A stretch of DNA of 64,000 bases from the NCBI GenBank assembly GCA_963714975.1, contig CAVQQD010000002.1:416001-480000 (forward strand), given 5' to 3'. The translations under genes and the position numbers were made by a program. The DNA comes from an uncultured Gammaproteobacteria bacterium. GTDB lineage: Bacteria; Pseudomonadota; Gammaproteobacteria; JAURND01. This document shows, piece after piece, positions 53,231 to 62,576 of the stretch (the first letter of the stretch is position 1; each line of letters opens with the position of its first letter). The notes under the pieces are model-generated. The model ran no database searches, had not been told where the DNA came from, and saw only the letters and a program-made list of their open reading frames with translations.

Positions 53231-55108
53231 ATGAATCAATATCCTGCGTGGAAATATGTGCTGCTGGTGGTCCTGATTTTATTTGGATTAATTTATGCGG
53301 CTCCTAATTTATTTCAAGAAGACCCGGTTGTCCAGATTTCAGCTAAAGGGTCGGCAAGCATTTCTCCTGGAATTGAGCAGCAAGCCACGCAAGCTCTGAA
53401 AACACAGGGTATTCCTTTTCTCGCCGTCGAAGCGCAAGGAGCGAATCTCACGATTATTCGTTTTCTCAATACGGATAACCAATTAAAAGGCCAGGATGCT
53501 ATTAAGGCGGCTTTGGGAACTGATTATGTGGTGGCCTTAAATCTGGTTCCTCGTACCCCCGCTTGGTTGACAGCCATCGGGGCGCATCCCATGAAGCTTG
53601 GCTTAGACTTGCGTGGTGGCGTCAATCTGGTACTGGATGTCGATGTCGATTCGCTCGTCAAAACTCGAGTAGAAGCGGATGTCAACAATATTAGTAGTGA
53701 ATTAAGGGAAAGTAGGATTCGTTATGTAGGCATTACTTCGAATGCAACCAGGCATCAAATTAGCATTGTTTTTCGTGATGCGGACAATCGTGATGCGGCT
53801 TATCGTTTGTTAGGAACCCGTTTTACTGATTACAATCTTGAGGAATCTACGGCGCAAGGTCAATTTTTGCTCACAGCCACGATGACTGTTGCCGCGATGC
53901 AGAAGATTAATACTTATGTTATTGATCAAACTCAAAATGTTTTAACCAATCGTGTCAATGAATTGGGGGTGAGTGAGGCGGTAGTGCAGCGCCAAGGTAA
54001 ATCGCAAATTAGTATTGATTTGCCTGGGATCCAAGATGCGGCACGAGCGAGAGAATTGATTGGTAAAACCGATACCTTGCGGTTTCAATTGGTCGACATG
54101 CAGGGGGATTTACCAAGTGCTGTAGCCGGGACGCCGCCATTAGGAAGTCATTTGTATCAATATGAGGGTCGCCCCATCTTACTAAAAAACCAGGTGATAT
54201 TGACAGGTGGGTCAATCACCTATGCAAATGCGACCCTCGCTTCTGATGGTCGTCCCGCCGTGGCAGTGCGTTTAGGTGGGGGCGGAGAAAGCCTGTTTAG
54301 CCGTATTACAGCAGAGAATGTCGGGAAATTATTAGCAGTAGTTTATGTAGAATCGATTCCACAAACCAAAATGATTAATGGCCAGTTGGTAAGATCGCGT
54401 ATCCAAAAAGAAAAGGTGATTAATGCCGCTACCATCCGTTCGGCTTTACCCAGTAATTTTGAGATTAGTGGCTTAGATAACATGAAATATGCCCAAGATT
54501 TAGCCCTGTTATTACGCTCGGGTGCTTTGGTGGCGTCTGTCGATGTGATTCAAGAACGTACGGTGGGACCAACCCTCGGAGCGGCAAATATTAAAAAGGG
54601 TGTGCTTTCAGTATTGGTTGGGGCTTTGGCGGTAATTGTATTTATGGCGCTTTATTACCATTTGTTTGGGTTAGTGGCGAATATTGCGGTGATATTAAAC
54701 GTGGTTTTTATAGTAGCTATTTTGTCCATTTTGGGGGCCACCTTAACTCTACCTGGAATTGCCGGTATTGTGTTGACTATGGGTATTGCGGTGGATGCGA
54801 ATGTCTTAATCAACGAGCGAATTCGGGAAGAATTGCGTCTCGGGATTAGCCCGCAAGCGAGTATCCACACCGGGTATGAAAGAGCCTTTGTCACGATTGT
54901 TGATGCTAATGTGACTACTTTAATTGTAGCCATAATTCTTTTTTCTTTAGGTAGTGGGGTAGTGAAAAGTTTTGCCATTACTTTGACAATTGGTATTCTC
55001 ACCTCAATGGTAACTGCAATATTTTTTACCCGAGCTATCATTAATTTAATTTATGGTAGGCGCAATGTTAAAGAGTTGTCGATTGGTATCAAACTGACGA
55101 GAAATTAA
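53231..55108 (+). CDS. secD: Protein translocase subunit SecD
   Basis: MNQYPAWKY, LGLDLRGG, RVNELGVSE, LPGIAG, AVDANVLINERIREE. Confidence 0.98.
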   Translation: MNQYPAWKYVLLVVLILFGLIYAAPNLFQEDPVVQISAKGSASISPGIEQQATQALKTQGIPFLAVEAQGANLTIIRFLNTDNQLKGQDAIKAALGTDYVVALNLVPRTPAWLTAIGAHPMKLGLDLRGGVNLVLDVDVDSLVKTRVEADVNNISSELRESRIRYVGITSNATRHQISIVFRDADNRDAAYRLLGTRFTDYNLEESTAQGQFLLTATMTVAAMQKINTYVIDQTQNVLTNRVNELGVSEAVVQRQGKSQISIDLPGIQDAARARELIGKTDTLRFQLVDMQGDLPSAVAGTPPLGSHLYQYEGRPILLKNQVILTGGSITYANATLASDGRPAVAVRLGGGGESLFSRITAENVGKLLAVVYVESIPQTKMINGQLVRSRIQKEKVINAATIRSALPSNFEISGLDNMKYAQDLALLLRSGALVASVDVIQERTVGPTLGAANIKKGVLSVLVGALAVIVFMALYYHLFGLVANIAVILNVVFIVAILSILGATLTLPGIAGIVLTMGIAVDANVLINERIREELRLGISPQASIHTGYERAFVTIVDANVTTLIVAIILFSLGSGVVKSFAITLTIGILTSMVTAIFFTRAIINLIYGRRNVKELSIGIKLTRN

Positions 55109-55109
55109 C

Positions 55110-56027
55110 ATGGAATTTTTTAGAGCGAACACCCAGATTAATTTTATGGCCCAACGCAAATGGGCGGCGTTATTTTCTATTGTGTTATTTGTCGCTTCAA
55201 TTGTTTCACTCATTGTCCACGGTTTGCATTTTGGTTTAGATTTCACTGGGGGCACCCAAATAGAATTAAGTTATCAACAACCTGTTGATTTAAATACCCT
55301 GCGTGAGAAGTTGAATCAGGCCGGTTTTTCTTCAGCGGTGGTGCAATCTTATGGCACGTCAAAAAATGTGCTCATTCGCATTCCTCCACTAAAAGAAGTT
55401 TCTGAAAGTGCATTAAAAGAGCGAATATTACAGGCATTACCTGGTTCCCAATTTCAACAAATAGAATATATTGGTGCGCAAGTAGGTAGAAGTTTAGTGA
55501 CGAATGGCTTATTGGCTGTGTTGGTTTCATTATTAGCAACGATTGCTTATATTGCTTTTCGTTTTGAACTGCGTTTTGCGGTGAGTGCCGCTGTGGCGCT
55601 TATACATGATCCAATTTTAATTCTCGGTGTTTTTTCGTTTTTCAATCTGCAGTTTGATTTAATTTCTTTAGCCGCTCTTTTAACCTGCATTGGTTATTCC
55701 TTGAATGATACGATTGTGGTATATGATCGGGTTCGGGAAAATTTTCGTAAAATTCGCAAGGGAAGTGCAATTGAGGTAATGAATCAATCAATTAATCAGA
55801 CCTTATCACGAACGATCATGACCTCTGGCTTAACTTTGTTAGTAGTGGTTGCCTTATTAATTTTTGGCGGAGAGATGTTGCGGGGGTTTTCAATTGCTTT
55901 AATCGTCGGTATTGGCGTAGGTACTTATTCTTCCATTTATGTAGCAGGATCTTTGGCAATCGCTTTGGGCTTGGATCGCACCCATTTATTGCCGGCGGCC
56001 AAAAAAGAAGAGGATGGGCTACCCTAG
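55110..56027 (+). CDS. secF: Protein translocase subunit SecF
   Basis: GLDFTGG, GYSLNDTIVVYDRVREN, GTYSSIYVA. Confidence 0.98.
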   Translation: MEFFRANTQINFMAQRKWAALFSIVLFVASIVSLIVHGLHFGLDFTGGTQIELSYQQPVDLNTLREKLNQAGFSSAVVQSYGTSKNVLIRIPPLKEVSESALKERILQALPGSQFQQIEYIGAQVGRSLVTNGLLAVLVSLLATIAYIAFRFELRFAVSAAVALIHDPILILGVFSFFNLQFDLISLAALLTCIGYSLNDTIVVYDRVRENFRKIRKGSAIEVMNQSINQTLSRTIMTSGLTLLVVVALLIFGGEMLRGFSIALIVGIGVGTYSSIYVAGSLAIALGLDRTHLLPAAKKEEDGLP

Positions 56028-56036
56028 TAATATATT

Positions 56037-56090
56037 CCTTCTCCCCTTGTGGGAGAAGGTGCCGAAGGCGGATGAGGGGAACCTCCCTCA
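56037..56090. repeat. Family-D palindromic repeat
   Basis: CCTTCTCCCCTTGTGGGAGAAGGTGCCGAAGGCGGATGAGGGG directly after secF. Confidence 0.82.
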
Positions 56091-56193
56091 GAAACTGCTG
56101 GATATTCAGCAGCATTTCGCCTAAGATTTGTCGACCCCGGCATGTGCCGGATGTGCAGTACCTTTGAAAACCTTTTCAAAAGGAAGATGGACC

Positions 56194-56781
56194 ATGATTT
56201 TACTCGGCATACTCTTTCTCATTATCGGCTACTTGGTGGGTTCTCTATCAAGTGGGGTTCTGGTTTGTAAGGCGATGAAATTACCGGACCCCAGAGAGGC
56301 TGGGTCTGGAAATCCGGGCGCAACCAATGTATTGCGATTATATGGTAAGTTGCCTGCAATCTTAGTACTGGTGTGCGACGCATTAAAAGGCTTTATTGTG
56401 GTATTGCTGGCTAAAATATTTGGAGTCTATGGCTTCATGTTAGGTTTAGTGGCTCTAAGCACGGTGGCGGGTCATATGTTTCCAGTGTTCTTCCAATTTA
56501 GAGGAGGAAAAGGAGTGGCAACTGCCTTTGGTGCTGTCTTGGTATTATCGTTTTGGGTGGCCATCATTGCAGTGGTGGCTTGGTTTGTCGTAGTGCTAGT
56601 TACCCGCTATGTTTCTTTAGCTTCTTTGGTGGCCAGTATTTTTGCTGCGATCTTAATCCTTTTTATCCATACCAGTTATTTTTTACCGATGGCTATAATA
56701 GCAGCATTAATTATTTGGAAACATATGGAAAATATTGAGCGACTAAGAACAGGGACAGAAAATAAGGTTGAGTTGAAGTAA
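56194..56781 (+). CDS. plsY: Glycerol-3-phosphate acyltransferase PlsY
   Basis: GSGNPGATNVLR, DALKG, GHMFPVF..FRGGKGVAT, HMENIERL; start at ATG 56194. Confidence 0.96.
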   Translation: MILLGILFLIIGYLVGSLSSGVLVCKAMKLPDPREAGSGNPGATNVLRLYGKLPAILVLVCDALKGFIVVLLAKIFGVYGFMLGLVALSTVAGHMFPVFFQFRGGKGVATAFGAVLVLSFWVAIIAVVAWFVVVLVTRYVSLASLVASIFAAILILFIHTSYFLPMAIIAALIIWKHMENIERLRTGTENKVELK

Positions 56782-56799
56782 GCCCACAGGAATAACCCG

Positions 56800-57366
56800 A
56801 TGCCACCCAAGCGAGATAATCTAATTTGGATTGATTTAGAAATGACCGGGCTTAGCCCCGATCGGGATCGTATCCTTGAAATTGCGACGGTAGTAACAAA
56901 TTCTGATCTCACTGTAGTGGCTGAAGGCCCGGTGATGGCTATCCATCAGCCAGATAGTATCTTAGAAATGATGGATGAATGGAATATCAATCAGCATACT
57001 AAGTCGGGGTTAGTGGTTCGCGTGCAAGCAAGTTTGATCACTGAAGAGCAAGCCCAAGCAGAAACTATTGAATTCCTGATGCAGCACGTTCCCCCAGGAA
57101 GATCCCCGATGTGTGGAAATAGTATTTGCCAGGATCGCCGATTTTTATATCGTTGGATGGGGAAACTCGAGCAATATTTCCATTATCGGAACTTGGATGT
57201 CAGCTCTATAAAAATCTTAGCCCAGCATTGGGCCCCGCAAATATTGCAAGGGGTGAAAAAGGACGTAAAACACCTAGCTCTTGATGATGTCTACCAATCA
57301 ATTGCCGAATTAAGGCATTACCGCCAGAATTTCTTCTTGTTGCCCCCCTTGGAAAAAGAGGGTTAG
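56800..57366 (+). CDS. orn: Oligoribonuclease
   Basis: [40 protein letters not shown]. Confidence 0.97.
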   Translation: MPPKRDNLIWIDLEMTGLSPDRDRILEIATVVTNSDLTVVAEGPVMAIHQPDSILEMMDEWNINQHTKSGLVVRVQASLITEEQAQAETIEFLMQHVPPGRSPMCGNSICQDRRFLYRWMGKLEQYFHYRNLDVSSIKILAQHWAPQILQGVKKDVKHLALDDVYQSIAELRHYRQNFFLLPPLEKEG

Positions 57367-57369
57367 GGA

Positions 57370-57446
57370 TTCGTCGTCCCTGCAGGATGCCGGGATCCAT
57401 GCCGGGACGACGAGCCCCCTCTCTCCCCTTTTTAAAGGGGGAATTT
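57370..57446. repeat. Short family-A palindrome fused to a family-C hairpin, after orn
   Basis: TTCGTCGTCCCTGCAGGATGCCGGGATCCATGCCGGGACGACGAG followed by CCCCTTTTTAAAGGGG. Confidence 0.75.
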
Positions 57447-57621
57447 CCGCAAAATATTCTAACTTATTGATTCTTAAAGACCATTTATTTTTTATCAAAT
57501 AAAAGTGAAATCTCACTGCCATATACTATAATCTTCCAACGAGGGATGTAAAAAGGATAAAAAATCAGGTATGGAGTGGGAATCCTCAGTCCTAATTAAC
57601 AAAACGTGGAGATTAAAAATT

Positions 57622-57840
57622 ATGTTTACCTATTTAGCTGATGTAGAACTTGACACAATTGTTGGTGGTGGCGGATATGGTGGTGGCCATAAAATGCAAC
57701 AGCCAGCATTGCAAATTACTACATTGAATGTATCTAGTGAATCGAAATCATTCTCTTATTCACAAAGCAGCTCAAGCTTACAGTTCTTTAACTTACAAGT
57801 TGGTAAGACGAATGCAAGTCCTGTTAGTATAACCCTGTAG
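57622..57840 (+). CDS. Double-glycine-leader peptide precursor 1 (72 aa; Ser/Gln-rich core)
   Basis: GGAG RBS; MFTYLADVELDTIVGG|GGYGGGHKMQQPALQITTLNVSSESKSFSYSQSSSSLQFFNLQVGKTNASPVSITL; upstream of a C39 ABC transporter. Confidence 0.88.
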   Translation: MFTYLADVELDTIVGGGGYGGGHKMQQPALQITTLNVSSESKSFSYSQSSSSLQFFNLQVGKTNASPVSITL

Positions 57841-57948
57841 TGATAAATGATTAAACTCCCCCTTAATCCCCCATCCTCTGCGTTGGATGGGGTGGTTAAT
57901 GAGGGGTTCCAAGAAGGTCATATGAACAAAAATTTGGGGGGGTCTTAT

Positions 57949-58194
57949 ATGATAAATACCGTACTTACTGATCATTGTTTAGATACACTGAATGTAGTAG
58001 GAGGAAGAGGGTTTGGATATCACCCGCAACATACTGGCTCACAGAGCTCTGGGCAAACGCCGGTGCAGATAACACACTTACAAATAACCAGTTTCAGCGT
58101 ATCGTTTTCTTTTTCTGTAGCTTTTTCAAGCTTGCAATTTACCAATATTCAAATAGGAAATACAGGTCCCAGTCCAGTGACTATTGCGATTTAG
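57949..58194 (+). CDS. Double-glycine-leader peptide precursor 2 (81 aa; Ser/Phe-alternating core)
   Basis: MINTVLTDHCLDTLNVVGG|RGFGYHPQHTGSQSSGQTPVQITHLQITSFSVSFSFSVAFSSLQFTNIQIGNTGPSPVTIAI; aligns without gaps to the C-terminal core of precursors 1 and 3. Alternative start at 57922. Confidence 0.8.
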   Translation: MINTVLTDHCLDTLNVVGGRGFGYHPQHTGSQSSGQTPVQITHLQITSFSVSFSFSVAFSSLQFTNIQIGNTGPSPVTIAI

Positions 58195-58314
58195 GTTACG
58201 AAGGCTGATGCCTGGAGTGTGGTAAGGAAGTTTTTTATGGACTCGTGAAGGATCAAATAGGATACGTAGGAATGCTGAGTCCAAAAATGTAGTTAAAATG
58301 TGGAGATTAAAAAT

Positions 58315-58527
58315 ATGTTTACTTATTTAGCTGATGTAGAACTTGACACAATTGTTGGTGGATGGGGAAATCACACACCAAAACAACAACAAGCGTTGCA
58401 GATTACTACACTGAATGTATCTAGTGAATCGAAATCATTCTCTTATTCACAAAGCAGCTCAAGCTTGTCGTTCTTTAACTTACAAATTGGTAAGACGAAT
58501 CCAAGCCCAGTTTCTATAAGCTTATAG
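58315..58527 (+). CDS. Double-glycine-leader peptide precursor 3 (70 aa; paralogue of 1)
   Basis: MFTYLADVELDTIVGG|WGNHTPKQQQALQITTLNVSSESKSFSYSQSSSSLSFFNLQIGKTNPSPVSISL. Confidence 0.88.
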   Translation: MFTYLADVELDTIVGGWGNHTPKQQQALQITTLNVSSESKSFSYSQSSSSLSFFNLQIGKTNPSPVSISL

Positions 58528-58641
58528 TATTTGGAAATTAACCCCCCCCAATCCCTCTACCCCTTTTCCAAAGGGGGTAGAGAGATTTAAAGGGGAAATA
58601 AATTGAAGCGAATTGTAGTGTCATTAATTGGAGAGACAATC

Positions 58642-58809
58642 ATGATTAAATATTTAAAAGATGTAAAAATGGAAAAATTAGCCGGGGGAGGTGGGTGTAG
58701 GCCAAATCCATGCCGTCCACGTCCACCTATCTGCAAGCCGCCCGTAGTGTGCCAGCCTGTAGCATGTCACCCGGTGTCATGCCATCCCCGTCCTCGCTGC
58801 GGTTATTAA
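58642..58809 (+). CDS. Double-glycine-leader peptide precursor 4 (55 aa; Cys/Pro-rich core)
   Basis: GGAG RBS; MIKYLKDVKMEKLAGG|GGCRPNPCRPRPPICKPPVVCQPVACHPVSCHPRPRCGY. Confidence 0.82.
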   Translation: MIKYLKDVKMEKLAGGGGCRPNPCRPRPPICKPPVVCQPVACHPVSCHPRPRCGY

Positions 58810-58821
58810 GGTTGTGAAATT

Positions 58822-58914
58822 CCTTCTTCCGCTTGCGGGAGAGGGTGCCGAAGGCGGGTGAGGGTGTTTGAAATGGCTTCAAGCCACGAAGAACATCCTC
58901 ACCCGCCTTCGGCA
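58822..58914. repeat. Family-D palindromic repeat
   Basis: GTGCCGAAGGCGGGTGAGGGTGTT...AACATCCTCACCCGCCTTCGGCA between the precursors and the transporter genes. Confidence 0.82.
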
Positions 58915-59010
58915 TTTTTCTTCTGAAAAAGTGGTTGATTTATATGAAAGACCCACCTATCATGTGATAGATTTGGAAATTAAACCACACCTACGGGAAA
59001 GGAGTTCTCA

Positions 59011-60276
59011 GTGCAAGACAAACCATTATTCCGTGAAGCTGCTTTAAAGCATTTCTCTTCTCCAGAACAGCTAGATCAACTGATTCAAGTAGTTACTCCT
59101 AGGGCTTGGATTGTGGCAGGGACCCTCTACGCTCTTTTATTCATCATCATTCTCTGGTCCATTATTGGCACCATCCCAACCCGCGGTGAAGGGAAGGGAA
59201 TTTTATTGGCTGGCAATGGTGACATTTATGGCGCTGTGGTTCCCCAGGGACCTAGCCGCGTGAGTAATGTTCTGGTAAAACCTGGGGACAAAGTAGTTAA
59301 AGGCCAAATAGTGGCTACTATGTCTCGACCTGATTTAACCGATCAAATCAAAGTCAGCCAAAATTACGTTGCTGAACTACAAAATAAATATAATCAGTTG
59401 CTGACATTGTCGCGTGGTGCTGTTGCCACTCGGGAGCAGCAAGTTGCTATGCAGCAACAAGCACTGCAGCGCTCTTTAACCGATAGTCAGTCAAAACTGG
59501 ATAACATCAGTGAATTATTATCCATTAAGCAAGGAGCATTTAAAAAAGGCATTGAAACCAGACAAAGCGTTGATCAAACGACCCAGGATTATTATAACGC
59601 TAAAAATATCCTCGAAGGATTTAGAAATCAATTAATTCAATTACATGTAGAAGAACGTAGTTTCATTGATCAATGGAATCAAAGATTGCGAGACCTTGAT
59701 TTAAAGATTGTTGATGAAAAAGTTAAGTTGGCCAACTTGCAAAAAGCATTAATTCTTTCCTCCGATGTTGCCAGTCCTGTTGCCGGTATAGTCACTGGCG
59801 TTCAAGCGACTTTAGGGAGCATTCTGAATACGGGTGATTCTGTCGTGAGTGTTGCTAACGAAGGTCAAGGCTTAGATGCTCTGGTTTATCTTCCCCCACA
59901 AATAGGTAAACGCATTAAGCCTGGGATGAAAGCTTTAGTTGCACCGACTACAGTCGAAAAAGCGGAATATGGCAGTATTTTTGGTCATGTAGTGCGGGTG
60001 GCGGCATTTCCATCAAGTCCCCAAGCAATAGAATCAGTTTTGCAAAATCCTGATTTAGTAAAAGCATTTACCAAAGAAGAATCTCCCATTGAGGTGCGTA
60101 TTCATTTAGAAAAAGATCCCGCTACTTATAGTGGATTAAAATGGTCATCTTCCCGAGGGCCTCAACAAAAAATTACGATGGGTACTTTAGCAACTGCCAT
60201 GGTAACGATACGTGAGCAGGCTCCGATCACTTTGGTGATCCCTGCCTTTAGAAAATTTACTGGAATGGAATATTAA
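59011..60276 (+). CDS. NHLP/NHLM bacteriocin-system secretion protein (HlyD-like membrane fusion protein)
   Basis: LFREAALKHFSSPEQLDQLIQVVTPRAW, coiled coil, EYGSIFGHV, SGLKWSSSRGP, EQAPITLVIP. Confidence 0.93.
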   Translation: MQDKPLFREAALKHFSSPEQLDQLIQVVTPRAWIVAGTLYALLFIIILWSIIGTIPTRGEGKGILLAGNGDIYGAVVPQGPSRVSNVLVKPGDKVVKGQIVATMSRPDLTDQIKVSQNYVAELQNKYNQLLTLSRGAVATREQQVAMQQQALQRSLTDSQSKLDNISELLSIKQGAFKKGIETRQSVDQTTQDYYNAKNILEGFRNQLIQLHVEERSFIDQWNQRLRDLDLKIVDEKVKLANLQKALILSSDVASPVAGIVTGVQATLGSILNTGDSVVSVANEGQGLDALVYLPPQIGKRIKPGMKALVAPTTVEKAEYGSIFGHVVRVAAFPSSPQAIESVLQNPDLVKAFTKEESPIEVRIHLEKDPATYSGLKWSSSRGPQQKITMGTLATAMVTIREQAPITLVIPAFRKFTGMEY

Positions 60277-60339
60277 AATCCCCCCTACACGTCGTCCCGC
60301 GGCTTGTGCGCGGGATGACGTAAGTAGGGGGGGATTTTA
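60274..60339. repeat. Nested palindrome between transporter genes
   Basis: TAAAATCCCCCCTAC-ACGTCGTCCCGCG..CGCGGGATGACGT-AAGTAGGGGGGGATTTTA. Confidence 0.8.
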
Positions 60340-60344
60340 GAGGG

Positions 60345-62576
60345 ATGGAATGTATGGAAAAGTGGTATCGAAGTTTAAAAGCTAAATGGTTGGCTTTAAT
60401 CACGCGTTTTAATAACCAGAAAACGTATGTAAAAACTCCTACCATTTTGCAAATGGAAGCAGCAGAATGTGGTGCTGCAGCACTGGGTATTATACTAGCG
60501 TTTTATGGACGTTATGTCCCTTTAGAAGAATTACGTACTGCTTGTGGTGTGTCACGTGATGGCAGTAAAGCGACGAATATGCTCAAAGCAGCGCGCCGTT
60601 ACGGGTTAAATGCTCAAGGAGCTAAAGTTGAGCCTGAATCTTTTGCCGAACTAAAATTACCGGTTATCGTGTTTTGGGAATTTAATCATTTTGTCGTAGT
60701 GGAAGGTTTTGATCGCCAATGGATTTATCTGAACGATCCTGCTACTGGCCCTCGGACTGTCACCCATGCTGATTTTAATGAATCGTTTACTGGGATTGTC
60801 TTATTATTCGAGCCTTCTGAGCAATTTGAACCCGGTGGGCAGAAATCTAATTTTGTGGAGAGTTTGGTACAACGCCTTAAAGGATTAAAGCATGATTTAG
60901 CTTTTGTCGTGCTAGCCAGTTTAGTCGCTGTGGCGCCTAGCATTGCTATTCCAGGACTTACCAAAATCTTTATTGACCAAATACTCATTCAACATCTGTC
61001 TGGATGGTTGCTGCCGTTGTTATGGGGTCTGCTTATTACTGGGGTTTTTCGTGCACTGGTTTCCTATTTGGAACAAATGTATTTGCTCCGGTTGCAATTA
61101 AAAATGCTGTTGACTTCTTCTGCTCGGTTTATTTGGCATGTGTTGCGGTTACCTTTTGGATTTTTTAGTCAACGTTTTGCTGGAGATATTCAATCGCGTG
61201 TTGAGTCTAATGATCGGCTCTCAGAATGGTTATCTGGGGAATTATCCGCAAGCATGGTCAGCATGTTTAGCATGGTCCTATTTGCGGTGGTGATGTTCCT
61301 TTTTGACTGGGTACTCACGCTAGTTGCCATCGTAATTGCTTCAACCAATGCTTGGTTATTTCTCACTATTTCTCGTGGTATCGAGAACGCAAGTCGGCGC
61401 TTACAACAGGAATTCGGTAAATTAAATGGAATTGAGATGAATGGCTTACAAGCGATTGAAACCATCAAAGCTAGTGGCATAGAAGATGATTTCTTTGAGC
61501 GCTGGTCAGGTTATCATGCTAAGACATTAAATAGCCAACAAAAAATTCACTTATATAGTCGTATCCTGCTCGTCATTCCGCAATTACTCAATGGCTTCAT
61601 GGCTATTATAATCTTGGGTTTAGGTGGCTGGCGGATTATTCAAGGGCATCTCAGTATTGGCGGACTAGTGGCTTTCCAAAGTTTATTGGCTAGTTTCAAT
61701 GCGCCGCTAATGACTTTGATTGGCGCTGGCAATAAATTGCAACAAATTAAAGCTGATATAGCTCGTTTGGATGATGTCCAAAAACATCCAGAAGATTCAC
61801 GTCTTACGATTGAAGAAGCACAAGCTCATCAAGAGCCTTTAAAGGGGCAATTAGAACTTAGCAATATTAATTTCGGTTATTCTCCCTTGGACCCTCCTTT
61901 TATCGAAAACATCAATTTGAATTTGCAGCCTGGAAAGCGCATTGCTATCGTGGGAGCCTCTGGCAGCGGAAAATCTACTTTAGCGAAACTTATTTGTGGC
62001 TTGTATTCTCCTTGGTCCGGTGAAATTTCCTGGGATAATGTTCCGATGACAGCTATTTCTGCGGCAACACTGAGCCGATCTTTGGCATTTGTCGATCAGG
62101 AGGTTTTTTTATTTGAGGGCACCATTCAACAAAATCTTACTTTGTGGAAAAAAGGAGTTTCTTTTAGCATTCTGGAAAGTGCGGTTCATGATAGCTTATT
62201 AGAATCAGTGGTGCTAAATCGCCCGAAAGGGTTGTTCAGCGAAGTCATTACTGCGGGTGCTAATTTTAGTGGTGGACAGCGCCAACAATTGGAAATTGCT
62301 CGAGCTTTAGTGCAAGAACCCGCCATTTTAGTTTTGGATGAAGCCACTTCAGCTCTAGATGCTACTACCGAGCAAGGCATTATGGATAATCTAAAGAAAC
62401 GTAATTGTAGTATGCTGTTAATTGCTCATCGCTTAAGTACCATTCGTGATTGTGATGAAATTATTGTGCTAGAGCAAGGAAGAGTCATTGAACGCGGTAC
62501 CCATGACCAGTTGTTTGGTTTACAGAGTGCCTATCATCATTTAGTCCAAACCGAAGGTGAGATAATTCATGCCTAA
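60345..62576 (+). CDS. NHLP/NHLM-type peptidase-containing ABC transporter (C39 peptidase + TMD + NBD)
   Basis: KTPTILQMEAAECGAAAL, CGVSRDGS, WEFNHFVVVEG, NDPA; Walker A GASGSGKST; FSGGQRQ; VLDEATSALD. Confidence 0.95.
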   Translation: MECMEKWYRSLKAKWLALITRFNNQKTYVKTPTILQMEAAECGAAALGIILAFYGRYVPLEELRTACGVSRDGSKATNMLKAARRYGLNAQGAKVEPESFAELKLPVIVFWEFNHFVVVEGFDRQWIYLNDPATGPRTVTHADFNESFTGIVLLFEPSEQFEPGGQKSNFVESLVQRLKGLKHDLAFVVLASLVAVAPSIAIPGLTKIFIDQILIQHLSGWLLPLLWGLLITGVFRALVSYLEQMYLLRLQLKMLLTSSARFIWHVLRLPFGFFSQRFAGDIQSRVESNDRLSEWLSGELSASMVSMFSMVLFAVVMFLFDWVLTLVAIVIASTNAWLFLTISRGIENASRRLQQEFGKLNGIEMNGLQAIETIKASGIEDDFFERWSGYHAKTLNSQQKIHLYSRILLVIPQLLNGFMAIIILGLGGWRIIQGHLSIGGLVAFQSLLASFNAPLMTLIGAGNKLQQIKADIARLDDVQKHPEDSRLTIEEAQAHQEPLKGQLELSNINFGYSPLDPPFIENINLNLQPGKRIAIVGASGSGKSTLAKLICGLYSPWSGEISWDNVPMTAISAATLSRSLAFVDQEVFLFEGTIQQNLTLWKKGVSFSILESAVHDSLLESVVLNRPKGLFSEVITAGANFSGGQRQQLEIARALVQEPAILVLDEATSALDATTEQGIMDNLKKRNCSMLLIAHRLSTIRDCDEIIVLEQGRVIERGTHDQLFGLQSAYHHLVQTEGEIIHA

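Noticed and set aside
57571-58641. Longer tracked starts for the peptide ORFs (57571, 57847, 58300, 58603)
   Set aside because: RBS positions and leader alignment favour 57622, 57949, 58315 and 58642; the 57847 extension runs through a palindrome.
57622-58809. Lanthipeptide or thiazole/oxazole microcin assignment
   Set aside because: Three cores lack Cys, the fourth has only one Ser, and no LanM/LanB/YcaO is in the window. Not excluded if enzymes lie downstream.
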